From the human T2T-CHM13v2.0 reference genome, Homo sapiens, in the NCBI GenBank assembly GCA_009914755.4, contig CP086569.2:8416001-8480000 (forward strand): a stretch of 64,000 nt of DNA, written 5' to 3'. Both the position numbers and the translations under genes were made by a program. Each line of letters opens with the position of its first letter. Within the stretch, counting starts at the first letter, position 1. The notes under the pieces were generated by a model. The model did not search any database. It was not told the DNA's origin and was given only the letters and a program-made list of their open reading frames with translations. Positions 1 through 13,040 of the stretch are shown here, piece after piece.

Positions 1-2481
1 GGTATCCCTTGAAATGTGAATCACCTGCTCTGCTGGGAACCAAATCTGAGGTAAATTCATGGGCCCTGCAGACAGGACTGCAGGGGCTCTCCCTGGTTTG
101 GCTGCAGGACAATGAAACAATAGAAGATAACTTTTTTTTTTTTTTTTGGTGTGGTGTCCTCTTCTTCTTTCTAGAAGAGTGGCCTATTCTGTAGGAGGAA
201 GTGATTTGGACACTGTCCGTGTCTTGGCACATATCCCAATTCACTGTTGCTTCATGATCCATAAAAGAATAAAGAACATGGAGCCCCACAGCCCAAGCAG
301 AGCCACACAGACATGCCACCAAAAAGACTTGGCAACTGAAAAAAAAAAGAAGTGCTGAAGTGCATTAGCCACATTCCTTTGGGCAGACTCCACTTACAGG
401 CACACACACAAACACACACACACACAATGCCACACACACACCCTGACATCCAACTTGCAACACTCCCACAGAAACAAACAGCCAGCCAGCTTCTGAGGCT
501 GTGCGGTTTTGCAGGAAGCCTCTCATTGGAGAGAGCAACCTCAGGGAACACAGGTGGGCTGCACGTAGACATCACAGTGGGGCAAGTTTAAAAAAGACTC
601 ACCCCTAAAACGTCAAGGCAGAACAGAGCCATCCTGCAGGTCCCTTTGGATCTTTATGGTTTTTGTCGTTTATTTCTGACGCTGTGCTTGACACTTCCTC
701 AGGCAGGCTCACGTCTGCCCTCTCCTAGGATCATGAGACTATCCTGCATATCCCACAGATAATACAGGCAAGAGTCTGCAGCTGAAGTGGCTTCAAAGAG
801 GTCTCCTTCTCTGCCAAACAGCAGGGACTAGTTATTAGGCAACACTGACATTCATTGTGAGGCTAATCAGAGCTCACAATCAGGCCTAGTGCCCTGAAAC
901 TAGTGCATGCACATTCCTGAGGAAGGCTCAGGTGCCCCTTTGTCAGAGCTGTCAGCCTGCCTAAGCAGAAGAAAATGATACAGACAGAGCTGGCCTAGTA
1001 TTGGGAGAAAATGATGAATGTGAAAATCCACTGTGGGAACCTAAAAGTCTCCACTTCAGGGCTCCTTTGGGCCATCTTCGTGGTCATGTTCCACTGGAGG
1101 AGAAGGCATTTCGAGACTATGAGCTGGTCGATGGAAACTGCCCTTTTAACTCCTTTCGTGAAAGAGGCTGTGTGCAACAGCCCGGTCCCATGGGGATTGG
1201 AATACCGTCTGCTGTGTTCCTGAGAGATCTTTGGGTAATAGAATCATACCTGAGAACCCAGATGTGGGTGTCAGTGAAAGATGCCTGAGCTACTCACCTT
1301 ACTCCCTCCCTTCATCTGGAGCCTCCCAGAAGCTCTCTGGGAAAGGGAGTAACCATGACAAAGGCAAGTCCAAGATGGAGCAGTGTTCTCACACCTCCAG
1401 CTGGCCTCTCACGGGTACAAATGAGGTAGAGACAGTATCTCAGTGTCTTGTCTGTGGTGATGGCAAGCCTGAAATGGGCATCCAGTAGTGCTGTTGAGGG
1501 GCACTTTGCTTCCCCATGAAAGCAAAGAAAAATCAAGGTTTGCCAGAGAGTACGAGCTGCTTTGTGCTGGAGTTCAAGCAATGTTTAATGATTCCTATCA
1601 GAGGACCCAAAAGCCTCCTGAAAAGTGCAAACAACCTCAGCCCCCATAATGAGACAACCACCTGCAACCCAAAGTGCAGCCAGCCTACACAAAGTCCCTT
1701 TTTCTCTCTGAAATCCGTGGCAGCTAAATAATCTATGGTGAGAAGGAGTCCCATCCAGCAACAGACCTATTAAAGAGCCACTCCACTGTGAGGAGCCCAT
1801 GCAGATGAAATTAAACAGAGGCCAGATTACCAGGCAAAGGCCAGTCATGGCTGCCTGCTTCTCATCTTACAGGAACCATGCAGCCCTCTGATAGAAGTGG
1901 GAGAACAAGAGTTTCCTTGTTGGTGCCTGTAATTGGAATTTACAGTTTTAAAACTATCAAAGCTGCCAGTCATTAAAATATTGCAGTGTTTAGAAGGAAA
2001 CTCTCAGGTAATGAATTCCCATGAAGGTTGTTCTTTGTGAACTGGGAAACGTTTTGTGTGGAAGTCATTGACCCAGACCCAGGAAACCCTCGGCTGATGA
2101 GGAACATGGAAATCAGAAAAGCAAGAGGCAATCATGGAGGCTCATCTTACCCAGCATCCATCCATTTCACTCCCATTTGGCTCCAGGTATGAAAGCACTC
2201 AAATCAGGAGTTTGCCAGCATGGCCCCCATTTGTACTTCAAAATGTTCCTTGTACATTGGAGTACTTTCATCTGAAAACTGGGCCATGGTGTGGACAGCT
2301 TGTGCAATTAAGGGAATGTGGAAGCACCTGCTGTGTCATCTGTCTTCACTTTTTTTGCAGGTGAAGTTGTGGGACCCAATACACTTCTCAGCAGATTGTG
2401 TCCTCACTCCTATCTGACCTTCTTGCTGGTCACACTCTATCTCCCAGGATAAAAACAAAAGATGAGGGAGGAGTGCCCCCT
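1..2481. repeat. Array unit 1 (begins ~45 bp upstream of landmark; window starts inside array)
   Basis: Collinear with units 3-7 over its whole length. Confidence 0.75.
400..442. repeat. (CA)n microsatellite, imperfect (unit 1)
   Basis: Seen directly in the sequence: 'cacacacacaaacacacacacacacaatgccacacacacac'. Confidence 0.9.
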
Positions 2482-3508
2482 CATGACATGCAGCACATGC
2501 TTGCCTGGGACCTAAATTTGAGAAAAATTCAAGGGGCCCTACAGACAGGACTTCTATTTTCTCTTAGTTGCCTGCAGACAATGAAACACTCAGAAATGTC
2601 TGCTCTTTGGTGTGCTGTGATCCTCTTTTTTTCTAGAAGGGTGGCTTTTTTGCCACTTCTAGAAGCGACAACGTGTGTTAGACAATTCCTTTAAACTGAC
2701 TCCACTGATAGGCACATACAAACACCCACACAATGCATAAGGCAGTCCCTTCCAGCAACAACCCAATGATAGAGAACGTCCAAAATGATAAGGCCACACA
2801 GATGAAATGAAACTGAATCTAGATTACCAAGCAAAAGACAGACATGGCTGCCTGCTTCTCATCCCACAGGAAACATGTAGCCCCCTGATAGAAGTAGAAG
2901 AACAAGAGTTTCTTTGTTGGCAGCTGCAAGGGGAATTTACACTTTTAAATGTATCAAAGCTGCCCAATCATTAAAATGTGATAACTTTTAGAAGGAAACA
3001 CTCACACAATGGATTCCCGTAAGGGTCATACTGTGTGAACTGATAAACATTTAGTGTGCAAGTTGGAGTCAGACACAGGAAACCATAGGCTGAGGAGGAA
3101 CATGGAAGTCAGTAAAAAATGAGGGAGGTGTGGAGGCCACATGCCACCCAGCATCAATAATTCCACTCCCATTTTGCTCCAGGTATGAAAGCACTCATAT
3201 CAGGAGTTTGACAGGATGGCCCCAATTTGCACTCTAAATGTTTCTTACATGTTGAAATACTCCCAATTGTTCACTGGGTCATGGTGTGGTCTGCTTGTGC
3301 AATTAAGGGAATGCTGGGTTGGAGTTGGAAGCACTTTCTGTGTCATCAGTTTTCTCTCTCTTTTTTTTTTTTTTTTTTTTTTTTTTGCTGGTGAACTTGC
3401 AGAACCCCATCCACCCCTCAGCAGACTGTATCCTCACCCCAATCTGACCTTATTGCAGCTCATACCCTATGTCCCAGAATGAAATCACAAGACTATGGAG
3501 GAATCCCC
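2482..3508. repeat. Array unit 2, internally deleted (~1.4 kb missing between the (CA)n region and the 'tccagcaac..ctgcctgcttctcat' segment)
   Basis: The landmark at 2526 is followed by the polyT/'ttctagaag' segment. The sequence then jumps straight to the homolog of unit-1 positions ~1745-2520, which lies at 2750-3508. Confidence 0.7.
3361..3386. repeat. poly(T) tract ~26 nt (unit 3; homologous to T17 at 132-147)
   Basis: Seen directly in the sequence. Confidence 0.9.
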
Positions 3509-5978
3509 CTCATGACATGAAACTACTGCTTGGCAGTGAGCAGAATTCGAGGTAAATTCAACAGGCCCTGTAGACAGGACTGTTAGTGTCTCTCCCTAGT
3601 TTGGCTGCAGGACAATGAAACACTGGGAGATGCCTGTTTTCTGGTGTGGTGTACTTCACTTCTTTCTGGAAGAACAGCTGTTTTTACAGGGGGAGGGGAT
3701 TTGGATGCCAGCAGGTCTCGGCCTACCTCCCTATTCACTGCAGACTAATGATCCACAGGAAAGTAAAGAACACGGAGCCCCACAGCTGAAGCAAAGTCAC
3801 ACAGACAGGCTGCAAAAAGGTTGGGTGACTCAAAGAAAACAAACAAACAAACAAAAAAAAAACAGAAGCGCCGAACTACATTAGCCACATTCCTTTAAGC
3901 AGGCTCCAGTTACAGGCAAACACGTACACACCACACACACTTAAACACACACACACAGACATCCAGCACTCACAACACTGCCACAGAAACACACAGCCTG
4001 GGAGCTCGTGAGTTTGCTTAGTTCTGCAGGAAGACCCACCTGGGAAAAAACAGTCCTGGGGAAGACAGGCAGGCAGTACCTAGAAATCACAGTGAGGCAA
4101 GTTTCAAAATGACTCACCCCTGCAAAATCTAGGCAGACGTGAAGAATAATTCAGATCTTTTTGAACATTCGGGACTTTGCAATTTATTCCTGGGCTCTGC
4201 TTGAGGTTTCTTCAGGCTGGCTTATGCCTGCCTTCTCCTAGTATTATGAAACTATCCCATGAATTTCACAGAGAAGACAGGCAAGTGTCCACCACTGAAG
4301 CATATCCACGGAGGCCTCTTTCTTCTGCAAGCCTCAGAGAAGTGTCGCTAGGCAACAGTGATATTCACTGTGACATTAGCCAAAGCTCACAATCAGGCCT
4401 GGTGCCCTGAGACTAGTTCATGCACATTCGTGAAGCAGGCTCAGACACCCAGCAGAGGAAAATCGTACTGGTAGAGCCAGCCTGGTATCAGGAAAAAGGC
4501 TGCCTGCAAAAACCGACCTTGGGATCATAAAAATCTCGACCTCAGGGCCCCTTTGGGGCATCTCCGTGGTTGGGCCCAGCTGGAGGAAGAGGCATTTCTA
4601 GAATGACAGATGGTCACTGGAAACTGCTCTTTTTGGCTCCATTCCAGCAAGAGGCTGTGTGCTAGTTATGGGGCCCACAGGCATTGGAATATATTCTGGT
4701 GTGTTGTTGAGGGTTCTTTGGGTGATAGAATCACACCTGAGACCCCAGAGGCAGGTGCCAGTGAAAGATGGCCAATCTCTGTACCTCACCGCCTCCCTTC
4801 ATCCTGGGACTCACAGGAGCTCACTGGAATAGGCAGGAATCCCAATAAAGGCAACTGCAAGGTGGAACAGTGTCCTCACACCTCAGAATGGCCTCTCATG
4901 GGTGCAGATGAAGCTGAGACAGTGTCTCAGAAGCCATCGGTGGCAATGGCAAGCCAGAAAAGTGTGTCCAATAGTGCTGTTTAGAGACACTGTGGATTCC
5001 TCCTGAATGCAAAAAATAAATAAGTAAAGGCTCTCCTGAGAAAACGAGCTGCCTTATGCTGGATTTTAAGTATTATTCAATGATTCCTGTCAGAGGACGC
5101 AAAAGCCTCCTGCAAAGTGCAAACAACCTCAGCCACCACAATGAGACAATGACCCACAACCTGGAGCACAGCCAGCCAACCCAAAGTCCCTTTTGCTCTC
5201 TGATATCTGTGACAGCTATATAATCTGTGGCACACTGCAGTCCCATCCAGCACCAGCCCAGTGAAAGTGCCCCTCAACTATAAGAAGACCATGCAGATGA
5301 AATGAAACAGAGGCTAGGCTGTCAGGCAAAAGCTAGACAGTGCTGCCTGCTTCCCATTCTACAGGAATCATGCAGCCCTCCGATAGAAGTGGGGAAATAA
5401 GTATTTCCTTAATGGCACCTGTAATGGGAATTTACTATTTTAAAAGTATCAAAGCTGCCCAGTCATTAAAATGTGAGTGTTTAGAAGGAAACATTCATGC
5501 AATGGATTCCCATGAGGAGCATTCTTTGTGAACTGGGTAATGTTTAGTATGGAAGTCATTAAGTCAGAGCCAGGTAACCCTAAGCTGACTAGTAACATGT
5601 AAGTCAGGAAAGAAGAGTCATGTGTGGAGGCCACATCCCACCTAGTATCAATGCATTCAACTTCCATTTGGCTCCAGGTATGAAAGCCCTCAAATTGGGA
5701 TTTAGCCAGCATGGCCCCTATTTGCACTCCAAATGTCCTTTGCAAGTTGGAGTACCCCCACCTGGACACGAGGCCATGGTGTGGACTGCTAGTGCAATTA
5801 ACGGAATGAGGAGATGGAGTTGGAAACTCTTCTGTCATCTGTCTTCATTTTTATTGCAGTTGAAGTTTCATGACCCCGTCCACCCCTCACCAGATTGTAT
5901 CCTTACCCATTTTTGACCTCATTGCTGCTCAAACTCTGTGTCCGAAGAGGAAATCCCAAGATGTTGGAGGAGTTTTCT
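3509..5978. repeat. Array unit 3
   Basis: Collinear homology to unit 1. Confidence 0.75.
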
Positions 5979-6354
5979 TTATGATGTGAATCACCTGCTC
6001 ATCTGGGAAATGAATTCCATGTAAATTCAAGGGGACCTGAGGAGAGGACTGCAGGGACTCTCCCTGGTTTGGCCACAGAACACTGAAACACTAGGAGATG
6101 CCTGTTTTTTGGTGTGGTGTGCTCCTCTTCTTTCTAGAAGAGTGCCTTTTCTTGCAGGGTGGTGTTGATTTGGAAGCTGTCATCTCTTGGCACATCTCCC
6201 AATTCATTGTGGCTTCATAATCCACAGAAAAATAAAGAACACAGGATCCCACAGCCCAAGCAGATCCACACAGACACACCACCAACAGACTTGGAGACTC
6301 AAAAAAAGAAGTGCTGAAGTGCATTAGCCAAATTCCTGTAAGCAGACTCCACTT

Positions 6355-6406
<52 letters not shown>

Positions 6407-8480
6407 TTGAACACCCATGCAGCCATCCAACATTCACAACATTCCCACAGAAACACAGGCTGGCAGATCCTCAGGTGGTATGGTTTTGCAGAAGTCCCAT
6501 ATTGGAGACAGCAACCCTGAAGAACACAGGTGGGCTGTACCCATATATCGCAGTTGGGCCAGTTCTGAAAAGACCCACCCCTACAACATCTAGGCAGGAC
6601 TGAGGAATCCTACAGATCCCTTTGGATCCTTAAGGTTTTTGTGGATTATTCCTGGGGCTGTGCTTGATGTTTCTTCATGCTAGCTCACCTCTGCCTTCTA
6701 CTTGAATCATGGGACTATCCTGTGTAACACAGAGAGAAGACAGGTGAAAGTCCACTGCCGAAGCACCTTCAAGGACGTCTCCTTATCTGCCAAGCCACAG
6801 GAACTTGTCCCTAGGCAATGGCGATATTCACTGTGAGGCTAGCCAGAGCTCACAATCAGGCCTGGTACCCTGGGACAGGCATATGCACATTCATGAGGCA
6901 GGCTCAGGTGTCCATCTGCAGGAGCTGTCAACCTGCCTAAACAGAAGAAAATTGTACAGGCAGAGCCAGTCTGGTTTCAGGAATTATGATACCTGCAAAA
7001 AACCACTGTGGGACCTTAAAGTCTCCACTTTAGGGCCCCTTCAGCTTGTCTCCGTGGTCAGGTTCCACTGGAGGATAAGGCATTTTCAGACTGTGTGGTG
7101 GTCGATGGAAACAGCTCTTGTGAGTCCATTAACAAAAGAGGCTGTGTGCAAGAATCAGGTCCTATGGGGTCTAGAATACAGTCTCGTGTGTTCTTGAGGG
7201 ATCTTTGGATGATTGATAGGTTCATACCTGAGACCCCAGAGGTGGGTGTCAGCAAAAGATGGCCAGGATCCTCACCCCACTGCTACCCTTCATCAGGGGC
7301 CTCACAGGGGCTCTCTGAAAAAGGCAGGAACCATGACAAAGGCAAGTCCAAGGTGGAGCAGTGTTGTCACTCCTCAGACTTGCCTCTCATGGGTGCAGAT
7401 GAGGTTGATACACTGTCTCAGAGGCTGTCTGTGGTGAGAGCAAGCCTGAAAAGTGTATCCAGTAGTGCTGTTGAGGAGCACTGTGGATTCCCCTTGAAAG
7501 AAAAGAAAAATGAAAAAATTAAGGCTGCCCTGAGAGAATAAGTTGCCTTGTGCTGGAGTCCAAGCAATGTTCAATGATTCCTGTCAGAGGAACCAAAACC
7601 TTCCTGCAAAGTGCAAATAATATCAGCCCCTACAATGAAACAACAAACCACAACCTGGAGCACAGCCAGCATACACAAAGTCCCTTTTGCTGTCTGAAAT
7701 CCGTAGCAGCTAAATAATCTGTGGTGACAGGCAGCACCATCCAGCAACACACCAATGAAAGAACCCCTCCACTATGAGAAGGCCATGCAGATGAAATGAA
7801 ACAAAGGTTAGATTACCAGGCAGAAGCCAGACATGGCTGCCTGCTTCTCATCCTATAGGAACCATGCAGCCCTCTGATATAAGTGAGAGAACAACAGTTT
7901 CCTTGTTGGTGACTGTAACAGGAATTTACAATTTTAAAAATACCAAAGCTGCCCAGTCATTAAAATGTGACAGTGTTTAGAAGGAAACTCACACAATGGA
8001 TTCCCATGAGGGTCATTTTTTGTGAACTGGGAAACATTTAGTGTGGAAGTCGTTGAGCCAGACCCAGGAAACCCTAGGCCAACGAAGATAATGGAAGTCA
8101 GGAAAAGAAGAGGCAAGTGTGGAGGCCACATCCCCCCAGCCCAGCATCAATCTATTTCACTCTCATTTGGCTCCAGGTATCAAAGCCCTCAAATCAGGAG
8201 TTTGCTGTGATGGCCCTTATTTGCACTCCAAATGTTCCTTGCACGTTGGAGTACTTTCACCTGAACACCAGCCCATGGTGTGAACAGCTTGTGCAATTAA
8301 GGTGTTGCAGGGAAGGGGTTGGAAGCACCTGCTGTGTCATCTGTCTTCAATTTTTTTGCAGGTGACTTTGTGGGAATGCATTAACTTCTCAGCAAATTGT
8401 ATCCTCACTCCAATCTGACTTTCTTGCTGCTCACACCCTATATCCCGTGATGAAAATGCAAGACTATGGAGGAGTGCCCC
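5979..8480. repeat. Array unit 4
   Basis: Collinear homology. Contains the purest (AC)n run of the array. Confidence 0.75.
6357..6402. repeat. (AC)n microsatellite, ~23 pure repeats (unit 4)
   Basis: A direct read shows uninterrupted acacac.. Confidence 0.95.
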
Positions 8481-10850
8481 CTCACAACTTGAAGCACCTG
8501 CTCAACTGGGACCTGAATTTGTGGTAAATTCAAAGAACCCCTTAGATAGGACTGCTAGTGTCTCTCCCTGAGTTGGTCACAGGACACTGAAACATTCAGA
8601 AATGTATATTTTTTGGTGTGGTGTGCTCCTATTATTTCTAGAAGACTGGGATTTTTTGCAGGGGAAGGTGATTTGTGTGCTAGTCGGTCTCAGCCTGCCT
8701 TTCAATTCACTGCAGATTCTGATCCACAGAAAAATAAAGAACACTGAGTCCCACTGCCAAAGCAGAGTAACACATACAGGCCACCAAAAGGTTTGGAGAC
8801 TCAATAAAAAGAAGTGCTAATGTGCATTAGACAAATTCCTTTAAGCTGACCCTAGTTATAGTCACACACACACACACAATGCCACACACACATGCAGACA
8901 TCTAACACTCGCAACACTCCAACAGAAACACAGAGCCTGACAGCTCCTGAGGCTGCTTGGTTCTGCAGGAAGCCACACCTGGCATAGAGTAATCCCAGGG
9001 AACACAGGTGGAAGGCACCTGGAAATCACAGTGGGGCAAGTTTCAAAAAGACTCACCCCTCCAATGTCTAGGCAGACTTGAGGAATCCTGCATATCCTTT
9101 TAGATCCTTAGGGATTTCGTGGTGTATTCCTGGAGCTCTACTTGATGATTCTTTTGGCTGACTCATGTCTGCCCGCTCCTGGGATCATGGGACTATCCCA
9201 TGGATCCTACAGAACAGACAGGTGAGTGTCCACCACTGACACATCTCCACGGAGGTCTCTTTCTTCATCAAGGCACAGAGGCTTGTCACTAGGCAATAGT
9301 GACCTTCATTGTGACTAGCCAGAGCTCACAATCAAGCCTAGTACCCTGAAACTAGTGCATGCGCATTCATGAGGAAGGCTTGGGTGCCTGGCTGTCAGAG
9401 CTGCCAACCTGTCTAAGCAGAGGAAAATGGTACAGGCAGAGCTGGCCTGGTATCCAGAAACAGGCTGCCTGTGATAACCTACTGCAGGATGCTAAAATTC
9501 TCGACTTCGGGGCCCGTTCAGGCCATCTCCATGGTCAAGTCCCACTGGCAGGCCACTGGAATCTGCCCTTCTGACTCCATTCCTGAAACAGTCTGTGTGC
9601 AAGAATATTTTCCCATGGGGATTGGAATATAGTCTGGTATGTTGTTGAGGGTTTTTTGGGTGATAGAATCATACCTGAGACAGCAGAGGCTGGTGTTAGC
9701 AAAAAATGGCCATACTCTAGATGTCACTGCCTCCCTTTACCCTGGGCTTCACAGGGGCTCTCTCAGACAGGCAGAAACCACAGCAAACACAAGTCCAAAG
9801 TAGAGCAGTGTTCTCACACCTCAGACTGGCCTTTCACTTGTGCAGATGAGGTTGAGACAGTCTCTCAGAGGCCATCAGCATCTATGGCAAGCCTGAAGAA
9901 GGTGTCCAGCTGTGCTATTGAGGGGCACTGTGGATTTCCCATGAAAGCAAAGAAAAATTAAGGCTCAATTCAGAAAAAGAGATGCCTTATGCTGGAGTCC
10001 AAACAATGTTCAATGATTCCTGTTAGAGTACCCAAAAGCCTCCTGCAAACTGCAAACAACCTCAAGCCATGCAAAGAGACAATGATCCACAACCTGGAGC
10101 ACAGACAGCCCACATTAAGTCCATTTTGGTCTCTGAAATTTCTGGCAACAAAATAATCTGTAGTGAGATCTCTCCCTCCCAATGATAGAGCTTCTCCACA
10201 ATGAGAAGGTCAGGCAGATGAAATGAAACTAAGGCTACATTACCAGGACAAAGCCAGACATGGTTGCCAGCTTCTCATTCTATGGGAATCATGCAGCCCT
10301 CTGATGGAAGTGAAGAAACAAGCATTTTCTTGTGGTGGCTGGAATGGGAATTTACAATTTTAAAAGTATCAAAGCTGCCCAGTCATTAAAATGTGACAGG
10401 TTTTAGAAGAAAATACCCATGCAATGGATTACTATGAGGGTCATACTCCATGAACTGATAAACATTTAGTGTGGAAGTTGTTGAGCAAGAACCAGGAAAC
10501 ACTAGGCCAATGAGGAACATGGAAGTCAAAAAAATAAGAGGCAAGTGTGAAAGCAACATTCCACCCAGCATCAAGCCTTTCCACTTCCATTTGGCCCTAG
10601 GTATGAAAAAATTCAGATAGGGAGTTTGCCAAGATGGTCCCAATTTGCAGTCCAAATGTTCCTTGCACGTTGAAGTACGATGTGGACTGCTTGTACAATT
10701 AAGGGAATGCTGGGATGGAGTTGGAAGCACCTTCTGTGTCATCTGTCTTTTTTTTTCTTTTTTTTTTATTTGCAGATGAAGTTGCAGGACCCCATCCACT
10801 TCTCACCAGATTATATCCTCACCCCTATCTGACCTTATTGTGGCTCATAC
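8481..10850. repeat. Array unit 5
   Basis: Collinear homology. Confidence 0.7.
8863..8900. repeat. (CA)n microsatellite (unit 5)
   Basis: Seen directly in the sequence. Confidence 0.9.
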
Positions 10851-13040
10851 TTCTTGGCAATGAAAATAATTTGAAGTAAACTCAAGGGTAACCAAATGTT
10901 TGGGAGACTCAAAAAAAAAAAGAAGTACTGAAGTGCATTTGCCACATTCCTTTAAGAAGACTCCAGTTACAGGCAAACACACACACACTCACACCACACA
11001 CACAGAAACTCACAATGCCACACACATAAGCAGTCATCCAACAGTCACAACAATTTCACAGAAACACACAGCTCTGTAGCTCCTGAGTTTTGTTGATTCT
11101 GCAGGAACACACACCTGGGAGATAGCAACCCCAGAGAACACAGTCAAGATGTACATAGAAATCACAGTGGGGCAAGTTTCAAAAAGACTCACCCCTACAA
11201 CATCTTGGCAGACCTGAGAAGTCCTGCAGACATTTCTGATCATTAGGGATGTCATGGTTTATTGATTTATTACTGGGGCTCTGCTTGCAGTTTCTTCAGG
11301 CTGGCTCACATCTGCCCTCTCCTAGGATTATGCAACTATCCCATGTATCCCACAACGAAGACAGGTGAGAGTCCACTGCTAACGCACCTCCAGGGAGGTC
11401 TCCTTCTTTGGTAAGCCACAGGGACTTGTCCGTAGGCAATGGTGACATTCGTGGTGACACTAGCCAGAGCTCACAATCATGCCTGATGCCCTGAGACTGG
11501 AGCATGAGCATTCATGTGGCAAGATGGGACACCCAGCTGTAAGAGCTGTCAGCCTGTCTAAGCAGAAGAAAATGATACAGACAGAGCCAGCCTGGTTTCA
11601 GGAAAAAGGCTGCCTATGAAAACCCACTTTAAGACCATGAAAATCTCAACCTCAGGGCACCTTTGAGCCATCTCCATCATCAGGTACCACTGCAGGAAGA
11701 GGTATTTCATGACTGCAAGGTGTTTGTTAGAAACTGCCCTTCTGGCTCCATTCCCAAAAGAGTCCTTGTGCAGGAATCAGGTCCCATGGGTATTGGAATA
11801 TAGTCTGGTGTGTTTTTGAGGATTCTTTGGGTGATTGAATTACACCTCAGACCCCAGAACTAGGTGTCAGTGAAAGATAGCTGGGCTCTGGACCTCACTG
11901 CCTCTCTTCACCCTGGGCCTCACAGGGGCTTTCTGGGAAAGGCAGAAACCATGACAAAGGCAAGTCCAAAGCAGAGCAGTGTTTCACACCTCGGACTGTC
12001 CTCTCATTGGTGCACATAAGGTTGAGACAGTGTCTCAGAGGCCATCTGTGGTGATGGCCAGCCTGAAAAGGGTGTCCAGTAGTCCAGAGGGGCACTGTGG
12101 ATTCCCCATGAAAGAAAAGAACAATCAAGAGTTGCCTAAGAGAATGAGATACCTTTTGCTGGAGTTTAAGCAATGTTCAATGATTCTTGTCACAGAACAC
12201 AAAATTCTCCTGCAAAGTGCAAGCAACCTCAGCCCTGAGAAGGAGACAATCACCCACAACCTGGAGCACAGCCAGCCTATCCGAAGTCGTTTCACTTTTT
12301 GAAATCCCTGACAGCTACATAATCTGTGCTGAGAGGCAGTCGCATCCAACAAAAGCCCAGTGAAATACTCCCTGCACAATGAGAAAGGACATGAAGAAGC
12401 AATGAAACACAGCCTAGATTACCAGGCAAAAGCCAGACACTCCGGCCTGCTTCTCATACCGCAGGAATCATGCTATCCTCTGATAGAAGTTGGAGAACAA
12501 AAATTTACCTGCTGGCATCTGTAATGGGAATCTATGGTTTTAGATGTATCAAAGCAGCCTGGTCATTAAAACATGACAGTGTTTAGAAGGAAACACTCAC
12601 GCAAGGGATTCCCATGAGTGTCATCCTCCATGAACTGGGAAATATTTAGTGTGCAAGACATTCCCAGGAAACCCTAGACCGAAGAGGAACATGCAAGTCA
12701 GGAAAGGAAGAGGCAAATATGGAGACCACATCCCAACTGGGATCAATCCATCCCACTCTGGGAGTTTGCCATGATGTCCCCAGTTTTCTCTCAATATTAC
12801 CTGCACATTGGAGTACTCCCAGATGAATGCGGGTCCATAGTGTAGACTGCTGGTATAATTAAGGGAATGCAGCAATGCAGTTGGAAGCAACTTCTGTGTC
12901 ATCTGTCCTCACCTTTTTGCAGGTGAAGGTGTTGGACCCCATCAACCCCTCACCAGATTGTATCCTCACCCCTCACTTACCTTATTGCTGCTCACACTCT
13001 CTGCCAGAATGAAACCCCAAGAAAATGGAAGAGTGTCCCC
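10851..13040. repeat. Array unit 6 (lacks ~230 bp after the start landmark)
   Basis: After the 'gtaaactcaaggg' landmark the sequence jumps to the 'caaaaaaaaaaagaagtactgaagtgcatt' segment. Confidence 0.7.
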
